Assembly: GCA_016283195.1 (NCBI GenBank)
Contig: JAEEML010000167.1
Location: forward strand, 688-64,687
Source of the DNA: Deltaproteobacteria bacterium
GTDB lineage: Bacteria; JAEEML01
Length of the DNA: 64,000 nt
Direction: 5' to 3'
This document shows, piece after piece, positions 37,727 to 47,760 of this stretch. Below the pieces are notes generated by a model. The model was not told the DNA's origin, did not search any database, and was given only the letters and a program-made list of their open reading frames with translations. Numbering within the stretch: the stretch's first letter is position 1; each line of letters begins with the position of its first letter. The translations under genes and the position numbers were made by a program.

Positions 37727-38275
37727 ATGAAAATCACGCCGATTGATGTGCAACAACAATCATTTAAAAGCAAGTTTCGCGGCCTTGATCCGGTTGAGGT
37801 GGCCTCATATTTGGAGCTTGTAGCCTCGGAAATGGAAGAGATTATCGCCGAAAATCGCCGCTTAAAAGATGAAATAGCTCTGCGCGACCGCGAAATTACT
37901 CAATACAAAGAGCGCGAATCGGCTATTAAAGCCACTATGTTGGCCGCCCAAAAAGCCACTGACGAATTGCGCGATCAAGCTAAGAGAGAAGCGGAAATTC
38001 TCATTAACGAGGCCGAGCTAAAAGCCGAAAAGATTTTGCAAAACGCGCATGAACGCATGGTGGCCATTACCGAAGAGCTGGGCGATTTAAAGCGTCAAAA
38101 AATGCAATTTCAGGAGAGCCTGAGGGGGATTATCAGCGCCCATAGCAAGCTTTTAGCGCTAAATGACGAGCTCGCTGAAGAGGCGCGGCGCAATGATAAT
38201 GTCACTTATTTAAATGCCTCGAAAAACGTGCGCTTTGATGGCCAAATGGCGCGTTCGGCAGTTTCGGCCGGTTAA
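37727..38275 (+). CDS. divIVA: DivIVA-domain protein
   Basis: MKITPIDVQQQSFKSKFRGLDPVEVASYL followed by coiled coil. Confidence 0.8.
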   Translation: MKITPIDVQQQSFKSKFRGLDPVEVASYLELVASEMEEIIAENRRLKDEIALRDREITQYKERESAIKATMLAAQKATDELRDQAKREAEILINEAELKAEKILQNAHERMVAITEELGDLKRQKMQFQESLRGIISAHSKLLALNDELAEEARRNDNVTYLNASKNVRFDGQMARSAVSAG

Positions 38276-38278
38276 AAA

Positions 38279-38587
38279 ATGGCCGCCTCTTTTTTGTCGC
38301 CCCATAAAGAAGGTGTTGTAGTTACTGTTTGGGTTGTGCCCGGTAGCAAAAAAACAACTTTGGCCGGTTTATACGGTGATTTTTTAAAAGTAAAAGTCAC
38401 TGAGCCGCCGGAAAGCGGGCGCGCCAATAAGATGGTTCTCTCTTTTCTTGCCGGCCTTTGCGGTATTCCCGCCGCCGATGCTCTTCTCCTAAGCGGCGCC
38501 AGCTCGCGCAATAAGCGAATTTTGCTCAAAAATGCTTCAATAGATGTGGTTAGCGATAAATTGCGGGCAGACGGAACGGGCGGATGA
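38279..38587 (+). CDS. yggU: DUF167/YggU-family protein
   Basis: …VWVVPGSKKT…LKVKVTEPPESGRANK…. Confidence 0.75.
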   Translation: MAASFLSPHKEGVVVTVWVVPGSKKTTLAGLYGDFLKVKVTEPPESGRANKMVLSFLAGLCGIPAADALLLSGASSRNKRILLKNASIDVVSDKLRADGTGG

Positions 38588-38631
38588 ATCAGCAAACGGC
38601 GCTGTTATGGGCCGCCGCTGTGTGACTAAAT

Positions 38632-39252
38632 TTACCAGGTAGATTTCTTTTGTTTGATAATTTTTTTGATGTCTTTTTCACCAATCCAGGCTTTTTTAGC
38701 TGTGGTGGTGTTGTGCAGTTCCATGGTGATTTGGTAGGTTTTGGCTTGCAAATTGTCTGATTGATCGAGCATCATATTAATTTGCCCAATGAGTACAAAG
38801 TCCACGCCGGCTTCATTGCCGATATCCGGGGCGCTGTCATCGGAGACAAAGCCAGAGGCGCCTTCTTCCTGCTCGGCCCGCAGTTGATTGATTTCATCGG
38901 TTTTGGCTTTGAATTCAATTTCGCCGCTGTTGAGCAAAGCGCGCTCAATTTGCTTAGTGAAAACATTGACATCAATATGTTCGCGCGAACGGTTCTTCAC
39001 GAGGCGCACGCGCACTACCGGGGCGCGCCCTGCTTCCTCTTTAAACTTGTTCAGCCAGGGGCGGGAGAGACAATCGTTAATCATTTCCTCGGCCACCAGG
39101 CGAGCATCGGTATCATTCCAACGGCCGCTGTAATCGGTGACTTCATCGGCCGAAGTGCGTTGTACGGTGCGATTGCCGCCGCCGCAGGAAACCACAGGCA
39201 GGGCAAAAGCTAAGAGCAGAGCGGGGAGAACACAGTTAACCATTTTTTTCAT
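38632..39252 (-). CDS. Lipoprotein, LpoB-like (COG3417) candidate
   Basis: Lipobox VVSCGGG. Loose collinearity with LpoB in the C-terminal half. Weak. Confidence 0.3.
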   Translation of the reverse strand: MKKMVNCVLPALLLAFALPVVSCGGGNRTVQRTSADEVTDYSGRWNDTDARLVAEEMINDCLSRPWLNKFKEEAGRAPVVRVRLVKNRSREHIDVNVFTKQIERALLNSGEIEFKAKTDEINQLRAEQEEGASGFVSDDSAPDIGNEAGVDFVLIGQINMMLDQSDNLQAKTYQITMELHNTTTAKKAWIGEKDIKKIIKQKKSTW

Positions 39253-39288
39253 TATAGAACCTCCTTTATAAATATGCCTACAGGCTTT

Positions 39289-40536
39289 TTACTTTCTTGA
39301 TTTTTTAATTTTGGCGCGCATTTCATCCATCATATCTTCCATCTCTTTCATTTGTGAAGCAATGAGATCATCGAAGGTATATGGACGCTTTTCGGTTTCG
39401 TAATGGGGTTTGGCCCGCTCAGGATTTAGTTTTTGGCCGCGTACTTGTTCTTTAGCCTGAACTTTTGCTGACGGCGGGGGGACATTCTCCATTTTTTGGG
39501 AAACTTTTTGTTTGTCTTTATTGCTATCGACAGTCACGGTGATGGTGATTTGCGGTTTTTCCTGAGCAGTAGCCGGCTTAGCCGGCTTGTCTTCCGCTTG
39601 GGCTACAGTAGCCGGTTTTGGTGCTTCGGGCTCTTTGGGAGTTTCGGTGGCGGCAGTTTTGGGTTCATCTTTTACTTTTACTTCTGCCGGCTTGTCGTTT
39701 TTGGGAGCTTCTGCCGGAGCTGGTACGGCTTTATTTTCTGCTTTTTTAACTTCTGTACTGGCTAACATGGCCTGGGCAGCCTGTTCCTGTTCCTGTTTGG
39801 TGGCGTAAGCTATTTTGGTGCCGATAGAGTTAAGCCAATTTACAGCTACAGATGATTTTAAAGAAAAGTTGATATCGGTGATGGTGAGGCCATCGCCTGA
39901 TTTGCGGGCGATCATGGTGTTGATACCAACCATGTTGGCGTTGTCATCAAGAAGTGGGCCACCGGAGTTGCCGCGGTTAACAGAGGCTTCGGTTTGGAAG
40001 ACATCTTTGCCTTTGATGCGGTTAAAATTGGCAATAACTGTGGAAATTGTGCCGGTAGTGAGAGTCCAAAGACCGCCCTGTTCCGGGTGACCGACGGCTA
40101 CCACCGAGTCACCGACTTCTACGGCATCAGGGTCGGCAAAATTGATGGTGGTGAGATTGGTCGGGGGGTTAAAAATTTTGCACAGAGCCAGATCCAGCTC
40201 CTCTTTGGGACTCCAGTTGGAGCAGGAAAGTTGATAACGCTGGCGCAAATCGACTTTGTTGTCGCCGGTAATGCGCTCCGGTTTTAAAAAGACATAGAGG
40301 GTTTTAAATGGCTTTTGGGATTCATCGCTGATAACAACATGGGCATTGGTGATGACGTGACCGTCGGCAGAAATGATGGAACCGGTACCGACACTGGCGC
40401 TCTTGTTGTCATCAGAGCCCATGATGAGTACTACGCCCTGGCCGCTTTTTTTGTAAATCTCCTTTGGGGTCATGGCTATGGCAGTTGAGGTTAAGAACAA
40501 CAACATCGACAGGTTACAAACTAAAAATTCCTTCAT
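39289..40536 (-). CDS. Secreted trypsin-like (S1C/HtrA-type, no PDZ) serine protease with Pro/Ala/Lys-rich C-terminal tail
   Basis: Signal peptide, catalytic TNAHVV (His) and GNSGGPLL (Ser). The ATG at 40536 carries an AGGAG SD. The track's longer N-terminus is unlikely. Confidence 0.75.
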   Translation of the reverse strand: MKEFLVCNLSMLLFLTSTAIAMTPKEIYKKSGQGVVLIMGSDDNKSASVGTGSIISADGHVITNAHVVISDESQKPFKTLYVFLKPERITGDNKVDLRQRYQLSCSNWSPKEELDLALCKIFNPPTNLTTINFADPDAVEVGDSVVAVGHPEQGGLWTLTTGTISTVIANFNRIKGKDVFQTEASVNRGNSGGPLLDDNANMVGINTMIARKSGDGLTITDINFSLKSSVAVNWLNSIGTKIAYATKQEQEQAAQAMLASTEVKKAENKAVPAPAEAPKNDKPAEVKVKDEPKTAATETPKEPEAPKPATVAQAEDKPAKPATAQEKPQITITVTVDSNKDKQKVSQKMENVPPPSAKVQAKEQVRGQKLNPERAKPHYETEKRPYTFDDLIASQMKEMEDMMDEMRAKIKKSRK

Positions 40537-40669
40537 GATATTTCTCCTGGTTAGTTGAACACAGAAACAGGATACGCCACAAATTACTACTTCTCGAACT
40601 TTAGGGCAATAGGAACTTTTTTGACACAGCGGGATTTTGTGCTTAAGATCACAGTTTTGGAGGTATGGC

Positions 40670-41347
40670 ATGAGTTTAGAGGGGCAAATTAGTGATCTTG
40701 AAAGCATGATGAGCGAGGCTATGCTGGATGATGGCGGCAGCTCTCTGCCTGATAATCCCTTGGATTTGGCGGTGAGCGAAATAGCCGATTGGCCATCGGT
40801 AGCCGAAGTTTTGGCTTTTTATTCGCAGGGCTTGCCTCTTTCCATAAAAAATGAGCTCATAGCTCTTTGCCAGGAGTTGACTAAAAGTGCCGGTCCTAAT
40901 CCCAATCTGGCGGTGCAGGTAGTGCGTTTCCCCGTTTTGGGCGGCTACACCACCAAAGAGGCTGTTTCGGTGATAAAAGCCGCTCCGAGGCGGCGCAGCG
41001 GGCTCACCAGAGATATTTCCGGCGTTAGTCTGCAAGCCAGAGCGCAAAAGCCCAAAGCTTCTGCCCCAAAAGTTGCGGGCGGGGCGATGCCTGTACCCAG
41101 CACTAAAAAACTGGCTCAGCTGGAAAAACAAGCCGGCGCACTCTATGTTACCTGGAAAAAAGAAGAAGAGGGCAGTCCACGCTTTTTGGCACTTAAACCG
41201 CAAGTTTTACATGCCTGGAAACAATTGGAAGCGGGGCTCCAAAGCCGCCTGGAATACCTCAAAAAAAACAGTGGGGAAAATAGCCGTGCGATTTTGGGCT
41301 ATCAGAAGGCACTCCATAAAGTTTCGGCCATTCTTAATAGTTTTTAA
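40670..41347 (+). CDS. Hypothetical protein
   Basis: The ATG at 40670 follows SD GGAGG. 225 aa, no recognisable motif. Confidence 0.4.
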   Translation: MSLEGQISDLESMMSEAMLDDGGSSLPDNPLDLAVSEIADWPSVAEVLAFYSQGLPLSIKNELIALCQELTKSAGPNPNLAVQVVRFPVLGGYTTKEAVSVIKAAPRRRSGLTRDISGVSLQARAQKPKASAPKVAGGAMPVPSTKKLAQLEKQAGALYVTWKKEEEGSPRFLALKPQVLHAWKQLEAGLQSRLEYLKKNSGENSRAILGYQKALHKVSAILNSF

Positions 41348-42825
41348 CCAAGTTCGGCTTCCAAAAGCGGAGAAAGCGCCGAGAAGAGCTTGGCGGCTTT
41401 GTCCTTAAATTTGGTGCTTTTGATATAATATTCTTGAAAATCATGGGAAAAAATTCTTTCCGGATGCGCCTTGCAACCGGAGAGGCTCATAATCATCAGC
41501 GGCGAGGCGTAAATTTTTTGCTGCACAGGATCTTCCTGGATAAAGCTGTAAAAATGCTTTATAGCTGCCTGGTAATCGCCGTTTTCGGCCAGACACTGGG
41601 CTATAGCCATGCTGGGAGTATAAATGGCTCCGCTGATCATGGTGCGCATAAAGGGCACAAAGACACGCACTACCGGCACTTTTAAAAGCGGATGGGTTAT
41701 ATCTATATAACTTACTTCATAGCCGGCCTCCGCCAGATTTTTAACCAGGTAAAGCAAATCGTCGCAGAAATCACCAGATGCCTTATTTTCTAATGAATCA
41801 AAAGAGATAGTTTCTTTGGCTGCCTCCAGCATGTGGCGGTTGTAGGTGGCGAGAAAGCCGCTGTGGTTTTGCGGCAGGGAGGCGGCGATGCGTTCAAAAG
41901 CCGTGCCGCACTCTGCAAACTCCTTTTTCTTTATGGAAAGGCTCTCAAAATATTCCGAAAGCGCGCGAATGAGCGCCATTTTGGGGTTTAAGTGGCAGCC
42001 CTGGCCAACTCCCTTGGAAATAATAGAATCGCTGTTATTATTAATGACACCGGCAACACAAAAAGTTGGTATGCCAAGTTTCGCGCCTATTTCTAAAATA
42101 GTCAGGCTAATGCCGGCTTCTTCCGCGGCGCGCAGAATATTTAAAATATCCGTATCGTTAATAGAGGCAGGGTCTATCCGGCGCGGCGGCCGTTCATCCA
42201 TAAAGAGGCGGCAAACATTTTCCCGCTCTATTACTTCGCAAATGCCCTGCACCAGAGCCTCCGGCAATTGGTTGCCGGCGGCCAGGCCGTTGGAGGTATA
42301 AGTTATATTGTGCCAAGTAATAGGATATGCTTCAAGAGTGCTTGTGGTTAAATTTTGAGCACTTATCCATTTTTGCGGCATGGCGAGAATTTCCGGCAGC
42401 AGGTGCTCATAAGCCGCTTTATCCTTTAAATTGGCCAAAAAATAATCGGCACTTAGTAGAGGCCCTTTTTCCTCTGATAGCTCGTTATAGCTGGCTATGC
42501 GGTAGCCCGGAGCATCCCGGTAGGCAAAATTGAGCCAGCTTAAGCGCTCGGCGAGTTCCATAAGTCCGCTGGCCTCAGCTTGCGCTTCTTCCAAGCCTTT
42601 GCCGCTGGCCGCAAAGCCGTCAAAAGAAGTTTTAAATGAATAGCTGCCGTTTATAACCGGCTGGCGTTTTTCCGATATAAGTTGTTTGCCGGCCGAAAGA
42701 AGAGGCAGAGTTTCCTTGATGCGGGCTACTGTTTCCGCCGGCGGGCGGCATTTATCCAAAGAGCCGTTAAATGTTTTGGGGCAACTTTTAAATTGCTTTA
42801 AAAAGGAGAAATTAGTATTCATCAT
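41344..42825 (-). CDS. YcaO-like domain protein with C-terminal helical/TPR-like region
   Basis: N-terminal …RPPAETVARIKETL…SGKGLEEAQAEASGLMELAERLS, then SNGLAAGNQLPEALVQGICEVIERENV, then …YIDITHPLLKVPVVRVFVPFM. These are the three YcaO signature blocks in canonical order. Confidence 0.55.
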   Translation of the reverse strand: MMNTNFSFLKQFKSCPKTFNGSLDKCRPPAETVARIKETLPLLSAGKQLISEKRQPVINGSYSFKTSFDGFAASGKGLEEAQAEASGLMELAERLSWLNFAYRDAPGYRIASYNELSEEKGPLLSADYFLANLKDKAAYEHLLPEILAMPQKWISAQNLTTSTLEAYPITWHNITYTSNGLAAGNQLPEALVQGICEVIERENVCRLFMDERPPRRIDPASINDTDILNILRAAEEAGISLTILEIGAKLGIPTFCVAGVINNNSDSIISKGVGQGCHLNPKMALIRALSEYFESLSIKKKEFAECGTAFERIAASLPQNHSGFLATYNRHMLEAAKETISFDSLENKASGDFCDDLLYLVKNLAEAGYEVSYIDITHPLLKVPVVRVFVPFMRTMISGAIYTPSMAIAQCLAENGDYQAAIKHFYSFIQEDPVQQKIYASPLMIMSLSGCKAHPERIFSHDFQEYYIKSTKFKDKAAKLFSALSPLLEAELG

Positions 42826-42906
42826 GCGGCCTCTATCAGTTACGACCAAGGCCGTAAGTATAGCAGTTAGAATTGGCAGAGGCTACTGTTTTTGAGGAGA
42901 ATTTGG

Positions 42907-45900
42907 ATGGTTAAGTCCTTTGTTGGGCTGGATATAGGTGCGGAAAATATTAAAATAGCTATTCTTGATGAGGATGATGATAATCGGCTTAATATTTCTT
43001 CATGTGAGCTGATTCCGCATTTTAAAAACCCCCAGACAGTGCTTAAAAAATGGTTTTTAGAGCATAAAAATACCACTTTTGCCGGAGCGGCTGTTACCGG
43101 GCGGCTGGCTCGTATTTGCAATACTCAAAATGTGCCGGTTTCTGTGGCTCTTGCTGCCGGTGTGCGCCATATTTATCCGCAAAAAGAAGAAGTTACGGTT
43201 ATCAGTATCGGTAGCCGCGGTTTTGGTGTTTTGGAAATACATAAAGACCGGGAAAATTGGCAGGAAAATAGCCGCTGTTCGCAGGGAACGGGCAATTTTT
43301 TGCGCCAACTTACGGAGCGTTTTTCTCTGAGTGTAGAAGAAGCGAGTAGCCTTGTGGCCGATGTAAAAGAGGCGGCCAAGCTTTCCGGCCGCTGCCCGGT
43401 TATTCTAAAAACCGATATGACCCATTTGGCCAATAAAGGGGAGAGCAAAGAGCGCATTTTGGCCGGTCTTTTTGATGCCGTGTGTGAAAATGTCCTGGCG
43501 CTCGTAAAGGTGCGCCTGGCGCCCAAAGAGGTGCTTTTGGCCGGTGGGGTGAGCAAAGCGCCGCGTATCCAAAAGACGCTCGCGGCCATGTTGGCCGGGC
43601 GGGGAATGACACTTTTGCCGGTAAGTGAAGAATATCAACTATTTTATGAAGCTCTCGGAGCCGCTTTATGTGCCCAAAAGCATGGCTATGAAGCGCCGCC
43701 GGATGTGAGCTCTTTATTCAAACCGGCGGAGAATAGCGGATTTTGGTCTTTGGCGCCGCTAAGCCAATTTACAGCTAAAGTAAAGCGCCTGGATTACCCC
43801 ATGCCCGGCCTGTTAGAGCAGGAAAAACTGGTGCTGGGCTTTGATATCGGTTCAACCGGCGCCAAACTTCTGGCCTATGATATAGCACAGGAAAAGCCGC
43901 TTTGGAGCTCATATCTACCAACCAACGGTGATCCATTCGGGGCCTCTATAGCCCTTTTAAAAAACTTTTTGCAAGCCGGCGGCCGGAGCGAAAAAGTGCT
44001 GGGCTTTGGCGTCACCGGCTCCGGTCGGGAGATAGTCGGCTCGCTGCTTAAAATCGCTTACGGCGAAGAATATGTATATATTATCAATGAGATAGCCGCG
44101 CATGCCACTGGCGCCTCCTATTATGATGACGCTGTGGATACCATCTTTGAAATAGGTGGTCAGGATGCCAAATATATTCGCCTTGATCATGGGCAGATTT
44201 TTGATGCCGCCATGAATGAGGCTTGCAGCGCCGGCACCGGCTCGTTTTTGGAAGAGCAGGGTGTGCGCCTGGCCGGTATAGCCAGTATTAGCGATATGAA
44301 TGAAGCTGCTCTTAAAGCTGCTTCTTCTGTCTCTTTGGGGCAGCACTGCTCGGTATTTATGGCCGAAAATATAGATGCTGCCATCGCGGACGGCTTTGAT
44401 ACCGGGGCGATTATCAGCGGCCTTTACGATTCGGTAATTCAAAATTATTTAAACAGAGTGAAGGGCAACCGCTCAATTGGCAAGCGCATATTTTGCCAGG
44501 GAATGCCCTTTGCCGCTGCAGCTTTGGCCGCCGCTGTGGCCAGGCGCACGGAATGTGAAGTGGTGGTGCCGCCGCATCCGGGAGTTATCGGCTGCCTGGG
44601 CATTGCCATTCTGGCCGGCCGCGCTTTTGCCGGATCGCAGCATAATCCGCTTGATTTGCAAAAGATTCTTTCGGCCAAGCTGGTGCTGAAAGATAATTTT
44701 ATCTGTAATTCCACCAAAGGGTGCGGTGAGCCGGGCAACCATTGCCGTATAGACAGATTAAAAATTCTCCTGGAAAATAAAGAGCAGCGCTTTATCTGGG
44801 GCGGCAGTTGCTCGCTCTATGACCGCGGCACCAGAGAGCGCAAGTTGCCCGATTTGGCACCCGATCCCTTTAGAGAGCGCTCTAGGCTCCTAAATGATGA
44901 CAGTGAATTTTTAAGGCGCGGCCGGCCGCTGGTGGCTATGAGCAGCGAATTTATTTTGAGCAACCTCTACCCATTTTTTAAAACTTTTATCTATGAGCTG
45001 GGTTTTGATTTGCTCCTTAGTCCGCCCGGCGATACGGCAGCCTTAAAACGCGGCATCGAGGAGGCCAGTGTTCCCTATTGTGCGCCGCTGCAACTTTATA
45101 GCGGCGTGATGTCTGCTCTTTTGGAAAAGCAGCCGGATTACCTTTTTCTGCCGATGCTACGCGATATTCCGCGCGCTGAGAGCGAGCCTTATTCCACCGC
45201 TTGTCCGCTTTCCCAGGCCAGTGCTGCGCTTTTGAAATTTACTTTGCCGCCAAGCGAAAAAACAGTTCTATTGCGGCCGGTTATCGATATGGGTACCGGC
45301 AATCTCGAATCGCCAATGTTTATAAATAGTTGCGAGCGTTTGGCCGCCAGCCTCGGCGCCGATAAAAAAGCGGCTTTAGCGGCCTATAAAGCGGCGCTTG
45401 TTAAACAAAAAAGCTTTTACGCCTCCTGTAAGGCAATAGGGCAAAAAGCTCTCGAATATGCGGCTAAAGAGCACATAATTCCGGTGGTTGTTATTGGCCG
45501 TTCTTATACTATTTATAACAATATACTTAACAGCAATGTGCCCAATATATTGCGCGCTCAAGGGGCTCTGGCCATACCGGTTGATTGCTATCCGGTAAAT
45601 GATGATACGCCTGTTTTTGCTGATATTTTCTGGGGTTATAGCCAGCAGGCGCTTAGAGCAGCCCACCAAATACGCCGCCACAAGGGAGTTTATAGCGTTT
45701 TTTGCTCCAATTATTCCTGCGGGCCGGATAGCTTTACTTTGCAATTTTTTACTTACATTATGGAGAACAAGCCCTGCGTTATTATAGAAACCGACGGCCA
45801 TAGCGGCGATGCCGGCACTAAAACCAGGCTTGAGGCCTTTTTAAGCTGTGTGGAGGCCGAAGAAGAGGCTGAGAGAATAGCCGCCACAGCGCGAAAAACT

Positions 45901-47196
45901 AACGATTTTACAGAGATATTGGCAAATAATATTTCTCTGCCCGCTACCATTACCCAGAAGAAAACACTGCTTATCCCCCGCATGGGGCATAGCGCCGAAG
46001 TGGCTGCCGCCGGTCTCCGCGGGGAAGGGCTTACAGCTGAGTGTCTGCCGGTGCCGACTCGCGAAACTTTGGAGCTGGGGCGTAAATACACCTCCGGCAA
46101 AGAATGCCTGCCGATGATTCTGACTCTGGGCGGCATATTGGAGCGCGCCGCCAAGGGGCCTTCTGCGGAATTTCTGGCCTTTTTAATGCCGCTGGCTCAT
46201 GGCCCCTGCCGCCTGGGCTGTTACAATATGCTGGATAAAATTGTTTTTGAAAAACTTAACTTAAAGCAAAAAATCAGCATTGTAAGTCCGCCTGATTATA
46301 ACTATTTTGAGGGACTTAGTACCGGAGCGGCCATTAAAATTCTGGCCGGTTTTGTCACCGGCGATTTGCTCTGGGATATGCTTTACCACACGCGGCCGGT
46401 TGAAAAGGAAGCCGGAGCGGCGCAAAAAATATTCTCCGCGGCTTTTGCTAAATTGATCACCATGATGGAGAGCGAAAAAGCGCCGGATATAGTTCACGCG
46501 CTGGCAACTGTGCAATTTGGCAATATTTTCGGCCTTACCGATCTTTTGGCGGAAACGGCAGACAAGCTAGCGGAAATAAAGGATTTTAGTAAAAAATTGC
46601 CCACAGTGGCCGTGACCGGTGAGATATATGTGCGCTGCGATCCGTTTGCCAATAACCATGTGATTGAAGAGCTGGAAAAGCGCGGCATCAGAGTAAAATT
46701 TTCGGCTTTCAGCGAGTGGATGGAATACATAGATTGGGCCAAAAGGCGTCGCTACGGCGAGGGCCACCTGCCAACTCCTTATAATCCCTTTACCGCCCGC
46801 ATAAGCAGCGCGGTACAAAAAACAATATTCAGCCGCTTATATGCCGTTCCGGCTAAAAAATTGCACTGGGAAGAGCGCACCGCTGTTACCGATTCTCTTG
46901 CGGCTGCCGCTCCCTATATGCCGAATGAGCTTTACGGCGAAACCTGCCTCACCATTGGCGGGCCAACATTTGATTATCGCAAGGGAGAAGTCCTGGGCGT
47001 GGTCAGTGTAGGGCCGCTGGAATGTATGCCTTCCAAAATAGCCGAAGCGGCTTTAAAAGAAGTGGAAAAAGCCGAGCGCTTAATAGCTATCTCGCTGCAA
47101 TTAAACGGTGATCCCGTTGACCCAGCAATTTTGGATGCCTTTGCATATCGGGTAAAAGAGCGTTTTTCCTGCTTAGGAGAAAATAGGGAAGGTTAA
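42907..47196 (+). CDS. CoA-substrate-specific enzyme activase fusion: two BadF/BadG/BcrA/BcrD (ASKHA) ATPase domains plus DUF2229-type C-terminal domain
   Basis: Two FVGLDIG/LGFDIGSTGAK ATPase N-termini, then a C-terminal …CSNYSCGPDSFTLQFF…IIETDGHSGDAGT… block. ATG at 42907 with GAGGAG SD. 1430 aa. Confidence 0.6.
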   Translation: MVKSFVGLDIGAENIKIAILDEDDDNRLNISSCELIPHFKNPQTVLKKWFLEHKNTTFAGAAVTGRLARICNTQNVPVSVALAAGVRHIYPQKEEVTVISIGSRGFGVLEIHKDRENWQENSRCSQGTGNFLRQLTERFSLSVEEASSLVADVKEAAKLSGRCPVILKTDMTHLANKGESKERILAGLFDAVCENVLALVKVRLAPKEVLLAGGVSKAPRIQKTLAAMLAGRGMTLLPVSEEYQLFYEALGAALCAQKHGYEAPPDVSSLFKPAENSGFWSLAPLSQFTAKVKRLDYPMPGLLEQEKLVLGFDIGSTGAKLLAYDIAQEKPLWSSYLPTNGDPFGASIALLKNFLQAGGRSEKVLGFGVTGSGREIVGSLLKIAYGEEYVYIINEIAAHATGASYYDDAVDTIFEIGGQDAKYIRLDHGQIFDAAMNEACSAGTGSFLEEQGVRLAGIASISDMNEAALKAASSVSLGQHCSVFMAENIDAAIADGFDTGAIISGLYDSVIQNYLNRVKGNRSIGKRIFCQGMPFAAAALAAAVARRTECEVVVPPHPGVIGCLGIAILAGRAFAGSQHNPLDLQKILSAKLVLKDNFICNSTKGCGEPGNHCRIDRLKILLENKEQRFIWGGSCSLYDRGTRERKLPDLAPDPFRERSRLLNDDSEFLRRGRPLVAMSSEFILSNLYPFFKTFIYELGFDLLLSPPGDTAALKRGIEEASVPYCAPLQLYSGVMSALLEKQPDYLFLPMLRDIPRAESEPYSTACPLSQASAALLKFTLPPSEKTVLLRPVIDMGTGNLESPMFINSCERLAASLGADKKAALAAYKAALVKQKSFYASCKAIGQKALEYAAKEHIIPVVVIGRSYTIYNNILNSNVPNILRAQGALAIPVDCYPVNDDTPVFADIFWGYSQQALRAAHQIRRHKGVYSVFCSNYSCGPDSFTLQFFTYIMENKPCVIIETDGHSGDAGTKTRLEAFLSCVEAEEEAERIAATARKTNDFTEILANNISLPATITQKKTLLIPRMGHSAEVAAAGLRGEGLTAECLPVPTRETLELGRKYTSGKECLPMILTLGGILERAAKGPSAEFLAFLMPLAHGPCRLGCYNMLDKIVFEKLNLKQKISIVSPPDYNYFEGLSTGAAIKILAGFVTGDLLWDMLYHTRPVEKEAGAAQKIFSAAFAKLITMMESEKAPDIVHALATVQFGNIFGLTDLLAETADKLAEIKDFSKKLPTVAVTGEIYVRCDPFANNHVIEELEKRGIRVKFSAFSEWMEYIDWAKRRRYGEGHLPTPYNPFTARISSAVQKTIFSRLYAVPAKKLHWEERTAVTDSLAAAAPYMPNELYGETCLTIGGPTFDYRKGEVLGVVSVGPLECMPSKIAEAALKEVEKAERLIAISLQLNGDPVDPAILDAFAYRVKERFSCLGENREG

Positions 47197-47714
47197 GGGG
47201 CGAGTGGCGCTTCGGTAATTTCTTTGGCCTGAACAGCCTCAGCTTTTTTCAGTTTTAAAAGAGCAGAGAGCAGGTAATCCTGGTAATTTTCCATAAGAAG
47301 CTCATATCCGATATCCACTTCGCCCATCGCGCGGCTCATCTCCTGCTGCCCGGGAGTTTTAGCGGTAATACAGCGGGCATCCAGGTCATGTAGCTTTTTT
47401 TGCCAGGCCTGGTGCCAGTCTTTCCAAAACTTTTTCAGTGTGCGCGGGTCGTTTGGAGTAGCCAGTTTTTCGCTAAATTGCTGATGCAGGTCTTTATAAA
47501 GCTCTGCTCGCTCGGTTTTACATTTGATGAGCTCTTCCTGGGTCAAAACTCTGTTTTCCAGCTGGTGCTGCTCTTCAAAAAAAGCTCCCACCACCATAGC
47601 GCGCACGAGGACAAAGAGCATAAAAAGGCAAACAGTTCCAAAGGCGGTGTAAACAATCGCCCGGCCCAGCGGATACTTTTTAGCAGGCGATTTTTCTTCT
47701 TTTATTTCTTCCAC
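47193..47714 (-). CDS. Hypothetical single-TM coiled-coil protein
   Basis: TM VYTAFGTVCLFMLFVLV, then a helical charged region. 173 aa. Confidence 0.35.
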   Translation of the reverse strand: MEEIKEEKSPAKKYPLGRAIVYTAFGTVCLFMLFVLVRAMVVGAFFEEQHQLENRVLTQEELIKCKTERAELYKDLHQQFSEKLATPNDPRTLKKFWKDWHQAWQKKLHDLDARCITAKTPGQQEMSRAMGEVDIGYELLMENYQDYLLSALLKLKKAEAVQAKEITEAPLAP

Positions 47715-47760
47715 TTGCCGCTCCTTTAGTTGGAGTGTAACTATTTAAAGCGCTTTTAAA

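Noticed and set aside
36427-38587. maf-yggS-divIVA-yggU as something unusual
   Set aside because: This is a well-known conserved cell-division and PLP-homeostasis neighbourhood in many bacteria, so it counts as an ordinary housekeeping operon.
40637-40669. Longer N-termini proposed by the ORF track for several genes (40637, 42849, 42892, 31566, 40707, 63014, 57204)
   Set aside because: Track starts use the first ATG, GTG or TTG. Internal ATGs with proper Shine-Dalgarno spacing are preferred and reported instead. They also avoid overlaps with divergent neighbours.
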